A DNA stretch of 20,000 nucleotides, taken from NCBI GenBank assembly GCA_964576115.1, contig CAZNUA010000001.1, forward strand, positions 179,172 through 199,171, written 5' to 3'. This stretch comes from an uncultured Gemmatimonadota bacterium. GTDB lineage: Bacteria; Blakebacterota; Blakebacteria; Blakebacterales; Blakebacteraceae. Below are positions 1 through 7,428 of this stretch, piece by piece; position 1 is the first letter of the stretch, and each line of letters opens with the position of its first letter. The notes under the pieces are model-generated. The model was not told where the DNA came from. It worked only from the letters and a program-made list of their open reading frames with translations, and searched no databases. A program made the translations under genes and the position numbers.

Positions 1-1616
1 CGGGCGTAGTAGTACGCGATCCGGGCATACCCGAGACCGGGCTGGGCCCGGTGCGGCCACAGTTCCATATAGAAGGCCAGGGCGGTGCGGAAGGGTACCG
101 AATCGAGAATGTGCCAGCGGTGGTTCGAGACATAGCCCAGATTGCCGGGGCCGGTGTCCAGCGGCTGGCCGCAGTAGGGATGGTCGAAGAGATCGGGGCG
201 GCTCCACGAGTAATTGAAGTAATCCTCGCTTCCGGTGCCGTAGAAGCGGGGAAAGGACTCGTCGTCGACAAAGATCTTCTCGTCCCCCTCACCCCACCAG
301 TTGCCCCCCGGGGTGGGCACCGCCGACGGGTTGACGACCATGGCCGCGACCCCGACCAGGCGCCCGGCGCCGTGGACCACCGCGTAGGGCAGATCGATCG
401 GTCCGGTACGCACGTCCAGATCGGTGTCGGAGCGCCAGCGGGCACGGAAGTACAGCGAGCGCTCGTCCCAGGACCACGGCGAGACTTCGAACGAGACGTG
501 GGCGGTGACGGTCGCATCGCTCAGGTTGGTCAGCCTGACGATCGTTTTCTCCTGAAAAGGCATGACCCAGCGGCTCGTCATCCGGCCCTGGTCGTCGACC
601 GTGACGGGGGTGCTCTCGAAGGGATTCACCCCCGGACCCGAACCGAAGAAATCGCCGAGGGGCGCTTCGACCTGCGGCTGTCCCGCGCCGTCGAAGGCCA
701 GCTGGAGCAGAGTGCCGCGCAGGGCCCGGTCGACGTCATCGGCCTCGACCCGGGCGCCGAACTGCGTGATCGCCCCCGCCGTACCGGAGGTGCGCAGGGT
801 CATGTCCCACGAGGTGCCGGGCGCCAGCTCGGCCTGCTCGACATAGGTCGGCGGGGCGGTCGTCGTTTCCTGCTCCGCCCGCCGCCGGCCGGACAAGACC
901 CGGGCCGGGATCAGTTCGAGTTCCTCACGGGCCGCCCGCAGTTCCCGACCGGTGTTGAAGGTTCGCACCCGGGTTCCTTCGGGGTAGCGCCTCACCTCGA
1001 CGTGATAGAAGTGCAGCTCGTCGAGTTTGCCCTCCCAGGTCAGACGCACCCCTGCCGCGTACGGGATCGGGAAATAGTCGGCGTCCTGCTGGCAGAAGAT
1101 ATCGAGAAAATCTCCATCGATGCCGCCGGCTTCGAGAAAAACCTCCGCTTTGCGGGCCAGGAAGCGATAGGCATCCCCCTCGTAGCAGGGCTCATCGGCG
1201 CCATCGAGGTAGACCCGCAGGATTCCACCCATGCCCGCCGACCAGGTCCGCACGATTGCCCCGGGGCCGGTTTCGTCAACCATCAGGTAGAGCCCGACGC
1301 CGTCGGCCCCGGCCTCGCGCAGGGTGGTCAGGAAACCGGGGATCGGTTCACCTCCGAAACCGTCGGCATTGGAGTACCAGCCTTCGGCATCGGGGGACCG
1401 GGATCTCCGGTCGTAGGAGGAGAACTGCATCACCTCGAAGAAGGGGTCGGGCAAAGAGGCCAGCCGGGCGAGATCGCCCATCTCGGCCAGCAGGGTTCCG
1501 GTCGTGACCGTCCCGGCCCGGGAGAGATTCTGGGCCGGGAGGGAGAGGGGCAACAGAGAAACGGTCACGATCGTGGCGGCGAGAGCGGGACGCAGTCGAG
1601 TGAACATTCTTCTCAT
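1..1616 (-). CDS. DUF2961 / glycoside hydrolase family 172 protein, secreted; 3' end lies outside the window
   Basis: Manual minus-strand translation from ATG 1616 (alternative ATG 1607): signal-peptide-like MRRMFTRLRPALAATIVTVSLLPLSLPA, then QFSSYDRRS, GPGAIVRTWS, MPF, WWGEGDEKIFVD and GTGSEDYFNYSW, typical of DUF2961/GH172. Same frame at both ends; absent from the ORF track because its stop is outside the window. Confidence 0.88.
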   Translation of the reverse strand, partial: MRRMFTRLRPALAATIVTVSLLPLSLPAQNLSRAGTVTTGTLLAEMGDLARLASLPDPFFEVMQFSSYDRRSRSPDAEGWYSNADGFGGEPIPGFLTTLREAGADGVGLYLMVDETGPGAIVRTWSAGMGGILRVYLDGADEPCYEGDAYRFLARKAEVFLEAGGIDGDFLDIFCQQDADYFPIPYAAGVRLTWEGKLDELHFYHVEVRRYPEGTRVRTFNTGRELRAAREELELIPARVLSGRRRAEQETTTAPPTYVEQAELAPGTSWDMTLRTSGTAGAITQFGARVEADDVDRALRGTLLQLAFDGAGQPQVEAPLGDFFGSGPGVNPFESTPVTVDDQGRMTSRWVMPFQEKTIVRLTNLSDATVTAHVSFEVSPWSWDERSLYFRARWRSDTDLDVRTGPIDLPYAVVHGAGRLVGVAAMVVNPSAVPTPGGNWWGEGDEKIFVDDESFPRFYGTGSEDYFNYSWSRPDLFDHPYCGQPLDTGPGNLGYVSNHRWHILDSVPFRTALAFYMELWPHRAQPGLGYARIAYYYA

Positions 1617-1747
1617 CCTTTGCGGTTGAGGGGAATATCGTAGTGTAGCAGGGGCACGGGAATCGCTCCAGAGTAGCCCGCACCGGCGGGGGCGGGTATG
1701 GTAGGAGAGAGATGCTGGAGAGGCCCAACCGAAGCAGGAGAGAACCG

Positions 1748-2350
1748 ATGAAGCGATCGCTGGGCGCCCGTACCCTGCTCTACCCCACCCCCGTACTCGT
1801 CATCGGCACGTGGGATACGGCGGGAAAACCGAACCTGATGGCGGCGGCCTGGGGTGGGATCTGCTGTTCGCAGCCACCCTGTGTTGCGGTGGCGGTACGC
1901 CGGAACCGGCACACCTATGCCGGGCTCATCGAGCACGGCGCCTTTACTGTCAGCGTCACCTCCGAGGCCCTGGCGGCTGAAGCCGATTTCACCGGCACCG
2001 TCTCGGGCGCCGAAGTGGACAAGTTCGCCGCCGCCGGTCTGACTCCGGTAGAAAGTGAGATCGTGGATGCCCCCTGGCCCGACGAGTTTCCGATGGTGCT
2101 CGAATGCACATTGCGCCACACCGTCGAAATCGGCGTGCACACCCAGTTCGTGGGCGAGATCATGGATATCAAGGTCGAGGAGTCGCTGCTGGATGAAAAA
2201 GGAGTACCCGACCTCGAACGCCTGCAGCCGATCTTCTACGATCCCGGCCGGGGCGGGTACTGGACCACCGGCCGCTGGCTGGCCGATGCCTACAGCCTCG
2301 GTCGGCGTTTCTCGGATAACTCCGATCAGCCGGCCGGCAGGTCCAGATAG
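1748..2350 (+). CDS. Flavin reductase family protein (flavoredoxin-like, FMN-binding)
   Basis: LYPTPVLVIGT...PNLMAAAWGGICCSQPP...LEC...GVHTQFVGEI flavin-reductase motifs; AGGAG RBS precedes ATG 1748, preferred over ORF-track start 1712. Confidence 0.9.
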   Translation: MKRSLGARTLLYPTPVLVIGTWDTAGKPNLMAAAWGGICCSQPPCVAVAVRRNRHTYAGLIEHGAFTVSVTSEALAAEADFTGTVSGAEVDKFAAAGLTPVESEIVDAPWPDEFPMVLECTLRHTVEIGVHTQFVGEIMDIKVEESLLDEKGVPDLERLQPIFYDPGRGGYWTTGRWLADAYSLGRRFSDNSDQPAGRSR

Positions 2351-3453
2351 AAGGTCGTGCCCTCTCCCTCGGCCGAGGTGAAGCCGACCTGACCGCCGAG
2401 ATACCCTTCGCCCAGCAGTTTCATGCTGTAGGTGCCGATTCCCCGGCCCGCTCCTTTGGTGGAATAGGAACGCTCGAAGATCTGGAGCTGAACCTCGCGG
2501 GGCATGACGGTCGAGTTGTGCACCCGCAGACGCACACCGCCCGACCGGCTCGAGCCGCCGAGCGTGACCGTGCCGCCCGCCGGGGTGGCCTCGAGAGCGT
2601 TCTTGAGCATATTCCCGATGACCCGGCCGGCCAGGCGGGGGTCGGTCGCGACCGCGATCCCGGGGGCATCCGTTTCGACCACGATTTCTTTGCCTTCCGC
2701 CACTTCGTGATTGCAGTAGAGTTCGCGGAGCGAGGCCAGGAATTCAGCCACGTCGACAGCGCTGCGCCCGACGGCGAGATCTCCCCGCTCGGCCGCCAGC
2801 AGATCGCGCTGGGCCTGAATCTCCTCCACCAGCCGCTCGGCCTGACGACCGAGCATGTCGAGAATCTCCACCTGTTCCTCGGCATCGGTGTAGGCCATCA
2901 TTTCGGCCAATCCCTGCAGTCCGCCGGCGGTATTCATGATGTCGTGGAAGAAGGTCCGTTCGAGCAGGGAGCGGCGTTTCTCGTGGGCGATATCCGAGGC
3001 CGTGAAGAGAGTGACGGTTTCCCCTTCCAGCTCGAGCGGAGCGGCGGTCACGGCCAGGTCGAGCGACTCGCCGGCCGGCTCGCGGCTGATCCGGCATTCC
3101 GAAGCGGCGCTTTGCCCCGCGACTGCCTCCAGGATGACGTGGGCCGCCCCGCATGTGCGGCAGAACTCCGTCGTGCCGCACCCGCCCTCGGTCTCATGGG
3201 CGTGGATACAGTGCAGGGCTTCTCCCGGCCGCAATCCGCATAGGCCGTCCAGAGACTCCGATCCGGTGAAGGCCTGCATCGACCGGTTGGCGTAGACGAT
3301 CTGGCGCTCGTCGTTGAGCAGCAGCAGCAGAACGGGCACGCGATCGAGCAGGCCGGTCAGCAGTCGGTCGGAGGTGACCGTGTCGGTCAACCGTTTCAGT
3401 TCTTCGGCGCCGGCCCGCTCAGCGGGTGCAAACATGGTTTCCATCGCGGTCAT
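2326..3453 (-). CDS. Cytoplasmic PAS-domain sensor histidine kinase with a Cys-rich motif
   Basis: H-box FFHDIMN, N-box NMLKNALEA, F/G2 boxes IFERSYSTKGAGRGIGTY; N-terminal PAS-like LLLNDERQIVYAN; no transmembrane helix; AGGAGG RBS upstream. Confidence 0.92.
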   Translation of the reverse strand: MTAMETMFAPAERAGAEELKRLTDTVTSDRLLTGLLDRVPVLLLLLNDERQIVYANRSMQAFTGSESLDGLCGLRPGEALHCIHAHETEGGCGTTEFCRTCGAAHVILEAVAGQSAASECRISREPAGESLDLAVTAAPLELEGETVTLFTASDIAHEKRRSLLERTFFHDIMNTAGGLQGLAEMMAYTDAEEQVEILDMLGRQAERLVEEIQAQRDLLAAERGDLAVGRSAVDVAEFLASLRELYCNHEVAEGKEIVVETDAPGIAVATDPRLAGRVIGNMLKNALEATPAGGTVTLGGSSRSGGVRLRVHNSTVMPREVQLQIFERSYSTKGAGRGIGTYSMKLLGEGYLGGQVGFTSAEGEGTTFYLDLPAG

Positions 3454-3470
3454 GGCCGTGTGTGCCTCCT

Positions 3471-4943
3471 TCAGAAGCGCTTCCGGGTCTCGCTGCCATT
3501 CAGGTTTCGCCCGGGGGGCCGTTCTGCGGGTTGATAGAGCGGATTCGGTTCGTCGGGTACGGGGGCTGAGAGGTCACGCCGCCACTGCCGCATCAGAGCG
3601 TGCAGCTCATCCCGCCGAGCGGGCATGTCATGCGCCAGGTTACGGGTCTCCCCGATATCCTCGCGCAGATTGTAGAGCTCGAGGCGACCGTCTTCGAAGA
3701 ATTCGATCAGTTTGAAATCTCCCCGGCGCACCGCTCCGGCCGGGGTCGTACGCCACGGCCCCCCGGTATCGGCATAGGCTTCGAGATAGGCCGGGAAGTG
3801 CCAGAAAAGCGGATGCGATGCGAGCCGATCAGCCCCGCGCAGCAACGGGATCAGGCTCACTCCGTCACAGGGCTGACCGGCCGGCGGGTCGACTCCGGCC
3901 AGCTCGCAGAGGGTGGGATAGAAATCGACCATGATGACCGGTTCCGGGCACCTCGTGCCGGTCGCGATGACACCGGGCCAGTGCACGATCATCGGCGAAC
4001 GGATACCCCCTTCATACAGCATTCCCTTCGAACCGCGCAGGGGCGCCATCGAGGTCACCCTCCCGTGACCGCCGTTGTCGGAGAAAAAGATGATCACGGT
4101 CTCCCGTTCCAGGCCGAGTTCTTGCAGCGTTTTCACGATCCGGTCCACTCCGGCATCAACCCGCTCGATCATGGCGGCATAGGTCGGATTCCGGTGCCCG
4201 CCGTCGGATTCGCGCTCCCGGCAGGAGGCGACGAGATCTTCTGGTGCCTGGAGGGGGGTATGGACGGCGTAGTGGGTCAGGTAGAGAAAGAAGGGACGCT
4301 CGGCATTCGCCTCGATGAACCGCACCGCCTCGGCGTTGAGCCGGTCGGTCAGGTACTCCCCCGCCGGGCCGTCGGGCAGATCGGGGTTGGAATAGGGGCT
4401 GAAGTAGCTCGCGGGGTGCCCGCGCTCATTGCCCCCCACATTGACATCGAACCCCTGGCCCAGGGGGCCGGTTTCGGGACCGGTCCCCAGATGCCACTTC
4501 CCCAGACTGGCACAGCGGTAGCCGGCTTCGCCCAGTACCTCGGCGATGGTCACGATCGCGGGATCCAGTTCGGTTCTGTTCGGCGTCGGCACGAGCCGCC
4601 GGTCGCGGGCCCGGCCGCGCTCGGAAGAATTCACCGTATAGACGCCGTGACGGGGGGTGTACTGACCCGACAGCAGGCAGGCTCGCGAGGGCGCGCAGTT
4701 CGGAGCGGCGGCATAGGCGTCCGAGAAGACCATCCCCTCCGCCGCCAGCCGGTCGATCGCCGGGGTACGGTAATAGCGGCTGCCCATGAAACCGGCGTCG
4801 CGCCAGCCGAGGTCGTCGATGAGAATGAAGATGATATTCGGAGACCGTCGGCGGCGCGTGAGGGTACAGGCTCCCAGGAGGAGACCGGTCGAACCGATGC
4901 CGGCCGTCTTCAGGAAAGAACGTCTGCCGGTCTGGCGTGCCAT
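3471..4943 (-). CDS. Formylglycine-dependent (Cys-type) sulfatase, Tat lipoprotein
   Basis: PNIIFILIDDLG, CAPSRACLLSG (CxPxR), GKWHLG, SDNGG, KGMLYEGGIR; N-terminal RRSFLK twin-arginine motif and LGAC lipobox. Confidence 0.95.
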   Translation of the reverse strand: MARQTGRRSFLKTAGIGSTGLLLGACTLTRRRRSPNIIFILIDDLGWRDAGFMGSRYYRTPAIDRLAAEGMVFSDAYAAAPNCAPSRACLLSGQYTPRHGVYTVNSSERGRARDRRLVPTPNRTELDPAIVTIAEVLGEAGYRCASLGKWHLGTGPETGPLGQGFDVNVGGNERGHPASYFSPYSNPDLPDGPAGEYLTDRLNAEAVRFIEANAERPFFLYLTHYAVHTPLQAPEDLVASCRERESDGGHRNPTYAAMIERVDAGVDRIVKTLQELGLERETVIIFFSDNGGHGRVTSMAPLRGSKGMLYEGGIRSPMIVHWPGVIATGTRCPEPVIMVDFYPTLCELAGVDPPAGQPCDGVSLIPLLRGADRLASHPLFWHFPAYLEAYADTGGPWRTTPAGAVRRGDFKLIEFFEDGRLELYNLREDIGETRNLAHDMPARRDELHALMRQWRRDLSAPVPDEPNPLYQPAERPPGRNLNGSETRKRF

Positions 4944-5013
4944 CAGGTCGGCTCCTGCGAGAGTCCGCTCATCATCCTACGCCGTCCCCTGCGGCGGCTC
5001 AAGCCACAGCCGG

Positions 5014-5041
5014 CGAACCTTTCGGCCTCCGGCGGTGTATT
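5014..5041 (+). promoter_or_regulatory. Putative autoregulatory ECF-sigma promoter
   Basis: GAAC (5015-5018), 17-nt spacer, TGTAT (5036-5040), about 45 nt upstream of the ECF sigma start; fits the AAC-N16/17-(C/T)GT ECF pattern. Confidence 0.5.
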
Positions 5042-5084
5042 CACAGTGCAGGATCGGCACTCTCACCGGCAGCGAGGACGAGGC

Positions 5085-5639
5085 ATGGAAGACACAACCC
5101 TGGTGAAACGTGCAGCGGCGGGCGATCCCCGGTCGTTCGAGATCATCGTGCGGCGTCACGCCGGCGCGATCGTGAACTACCTGCGGCGTTTCCTGCCCGA
5201 TCCCGACGAGGCCGAGGACGCCGCTCAGGAGGTGTTTGTGTCGGCCTGGTGCAATCTCAGCCGTTTCGATCCCGATCGCGGGTTGTTCAAGAGCTGGCTC
5301 TTCCGGATCGCCACCAATACCGGTTTGAACGAGATCAAGCGCCGGGAAAGATCCGCGGCCAGGGAAGAGGCCGCGGCACCGCTGGTGCATCAGAGCCGCA
5401 GCGAACCGGGGCAGGGTAGCGAACAGCGCGAAATGACCCGGTTGCTGCAACCCGCCCTGCAGTCCCTGCCGGACGGCGAGCGTCAGATCATCCTGCTCTC
5501 CTACTACCACGAGCTGACCTACAGTCAGATCTCTCACATCCTCGAGATTCCGATCGGTACCGTGAAATCACGGATGCACAAGGCGATGGCGCGCCTGCGC
5601 ACCGAGCTGGAACCGATCAGGGAAGGTGAGTTGAAATGA
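5085..5639 (+). CDS. ECF RNA polymerase sigma-70 factor
   Basis: Region 2 AEDAAQEVFVSAW...FKSWLFRIATN and region 4 LPDGERQIILLSYYHELTYSQISHILEIPIGTVKSRMHKA. It is the C-terminal part of ORF 3600..5639; true start ATG 5085 after AGGACGAGG. Confidence 0.95.
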   Translation: MEDTTLVKRAAAGDPRSFEIIVRRHAGAIVNYLRRFLPDPDEAEDAAQEVFVSAWCNLSRFDPDRGLFKSWLFRIATNTGLNEIKRRERSAAREEAAAPLVHQSRSEPGQGSEQREMTRLLQPALQSLPDGERQIILLSYYHELTYSQISHILEIPIGTVKSRMHKAMARLRTELEPIREGELK

Positions 5640-6847
5640 AACACCCCACTGCGGCGGAACTGACCGATCTGGAACGCGGCGAACTGCCCATCGAACGGGC
5701 CCGGGAGATCCGCGACCATCTGGAAAAATGTGAGGCGTGCCGGAGGGAATGGGAGGCCATGCAGAATGTGGCCCGGGAGCTGGCGACGTGGGAAGATGAA
5801 CCGGTGTCGACAGCCTTCGTGACCTCGACCATGAACGCCATCGCGCGAACCGATTCCACTCGGGCTCCGGACGGGCGCAGGACCGCTTTCGGCTGGTTGC
5901 GGCGGGTTTCGGTCGCTGCGGCAGCCGTGGCGGTCTCGCTGCTCTTTCAGGCCTTCGTCTGGAATCCTCTCGATACTCCCCGCTCCTTCCGGGCAATCTT
6001 CGACCTGACTCCGGAAGCGGCCGCCCTGAGCGCCGGAGCGGCTTTGCCCGACACGATCCTGGTTCTGACCGTACATCCCGACGGGAAGGTGAGTACCGAG
6101 CTGCTGGGTGAAGAGATCGGCGAACTCGAAGATCTCATCCCCCGGATCATCGAGCGAGCCGGCGAACGCGACATCAGGACCGTGCTCCTGCTCGGGAGCG
6201 ATCCCGAGGGAACGATCACGATCGACCGGAGCGACCTGGCGCCCCTGCTCGAAGAACTGGATATCGAGCAGGTCACGGCCGGAGCCGGCGTCGTCCTCAT
6301 CGCCGGCCGGGGTGACGTGGTGGCCCGGATCGGAGTGCCGATCGAGTACATCATCACGACGGTTCCCCGGATCGAGGGGCAGATTGTCCAGATCGATATC
6401 GCCGACTCGCTCGTTTCCCGCGCCGAGGCGGCACAGGCTGTCCGTGCCGCTCTGGTCCTCTCGCGGGCCGACTCGTTGCGCGATACCGGCGCGTTCGCGG
6501 TCGAGATGCGCTACGCACGCGGGGAAGAGAGACCGGTCGTGCATGTCATCCGACCCCGACTCGAAGTCCTGCCACGGTCCGAACCGGCTGCGGCACTGCA
6601 CGACAGCCTGTTGACCCCGCAACGGCTTCTGATCACCGTGAACGAGGCGGGCGAGATCGTCACCAGCTGGTCCACTCTGCCGCTCGAGGATTTCCGCGAC
6701 ATGGCCGGCCGGATCATCACATCCCTGGGAGATATCCCGATCCTCTTGCTGATCCCCGAAGGTTCAGAGGACCGCGAGTCGATTCTGTTTCAGATTCTGG
6801 AGGAGGCCGGCGGGACGAAGATCACCGTCAGACGGATCAAGAAGTGA
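5636..6847 (+). CDS. Zinc-finger (zf-HC2/ZAS) anti-sigma factor with one transmembrane helix and ExbD/TolR-like extracytoplasmic repeats
   Basis: HLEKCEAC (HxxxCxxC); ATGA overlap with the sigma stop; TM segment VSVAAAAVAVSLLFQAFVW; C-terminal segments resemble ExbD periplasmic domains. Confidence 0.8.
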   Translation: MKHPTAAELTDLERGELPIERAREIRDHLEKCEACRREWEAMQNVARELATWEDEPVSTAFVTSTMNAIARTDSTRAPDGRRTAFGWLRRVSVAAAAVAVSLLFQAFVWNPLDTPRSFRAIFDLTPEAAALSAGAALPDTILVLTVHPDGKVSTELLGEEIGELEDLIPRIIERAGERDIRTVLLLGSDPEGTITIDRSDLAPLLEELDIEQVTAGAGVVLIAGRGDVVARIGVPIEYIITTVPRIEGQIVQIDIADSLVSRAEAAQAVRAALVLSRADSLRDTGAFAVEMRYARGEERPVVHVIRPRLEVLPRSEPAAALHDSLLTPQRLLITVNEAGEIVTSWSTLPLEDFRDMAGRIITSLGDIPILLLIPEGSEDRESILFQILEEAGGTKITVRRIKK

Positions 6848-6866
6848 CCTGTCGAATCGGCGAATT

Positions 6867-6890
6867 CCCGGACTGACGAGTACGTCCGGG
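6867..6890. other. Hairpin just downstream of the anti-sigma stop
   Basis: CCCGGAC-(10 nt)-GTCCGGG inverted repeat. Confidence 0.45.
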
Positions 6891-6919
6891 GTGAGGGAAG
6901 GGAACGAAACGGGCGGGCA

Positions 6920-6949
6920 CCGGAGCTGCGCCGGTTGACGCAGCTCCGG
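6920..6949. terminator. Perfect 11-bp GC hairpin, possible terminator or 3' stability element
   Basis: CCGGAGCTGCG-CCGGTTGA-CGCAGCTCCGG; no adjacent U-tract, so a terminator role is uncertain. Confidence 0.45.
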
Positions 6950-6960
6950 GCCGGTAAAGC

Positions 6961-7045
6961 GAAAATAGAACTGCCGGGAACGACCTCCCACACTGCCTTC
7001 CTCCCCTAAGCACTGCGGTGTCCCCGGCAGAGAGCTTCCGTCTTG
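6961..7045 (-). ncRNA. Candidate ~85-nt small RNA
   Basis: Directly downstream of minus-strand TTGACA-N17-TATTAA; CUGCCGGGGA/UUCCCGGCAG stem followed by UUCUAUUUU; interior carries GCAGUG...GGGAGG twice. Confidence 0.45.
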
Positions 7046-7080
7046 TTGATATTAATAGTTATAATTCCTATTATTGTCAA
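7046..7080. promoter_or_regulatory. Palindromic, overlapping bidirectional sigma70 promoter
   Basis: AT-rich island: plus strand TTGATA(7046)-N17-TATTAT(7069); minus strand TTGACA(7080)-N17-TATTAA(7057); 13-bp arms match at 11/13 as an inverted repeat. Confidence 0.7.
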
Positions 7081-7086
7081 GCTTCG

Positions 7087-7128
7087 GATGTAACCTCGGC
7101 GGTATCAGATGTAACCCCGGTGGTATCA
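7087..7128. repeat. Two tandem 21-bp direct repeats (putative operator)
   Basis: GATGTAACCTCGGCGGTATCA and GATGTAACCCCGGTGGTATCA, 19/21 identical. Confidence 0.85.
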
Positions 7129-7428
7129 AACCCTGTCCCCGCAGTCGATACCGATACCTCCGGGCGTTCGGGACCGAAACCTGTGTACCGGCCCCCGTGC
7201 CCGGCCGTCCGAGCCCTGCTCCGGAGTCCGGCTCGACCCCGGTAGCCGAACCCTTCCGGATGGGGTTATACTCACCTCCACCCGAACCGGCAGGGCGACT
7301 TCATGATCAGTCCATCTTCGACCCCCCCCGCTCCACCATTCCCCGCTTCGATACCCCCCTGTTGGGCGAATCGGTTATGACGATTTGCCCGGCACCCTCG
7401 GGAAACCGCTGAGCGGAGAGCACTACCG

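Noticed and set aside
51-1643. 530-aa plus-strand ORF
   Set aside because: Antisense shadow of the GH172 gene; no recognisable motifs.
3600-5084. Apparent 495-aa N-terminal extension of the ECF sigma factor
   Set aside because: Antisense to the sulfatase; the real start is ATG 5085 with its own RBS.
6848-6913. Hammerhead-like core (GTC...CTGACGAG...CGAAAC)
   Set aside because: Stem III could form 5 bp, but stem I does not close next to the core, stem II is mismatched, and CTGACGA lies in a competing hairpin.
7087-7128. CRISPR array
   Set aside because: Only two adjacent copies, no spacers and no cas genes.
7018-7412. Short ORFs 7018..7245 and 7074..7412
   Set aside because: No RBS, Pro-rich low-complexity translations, and they overlap promoter and repeat elements.
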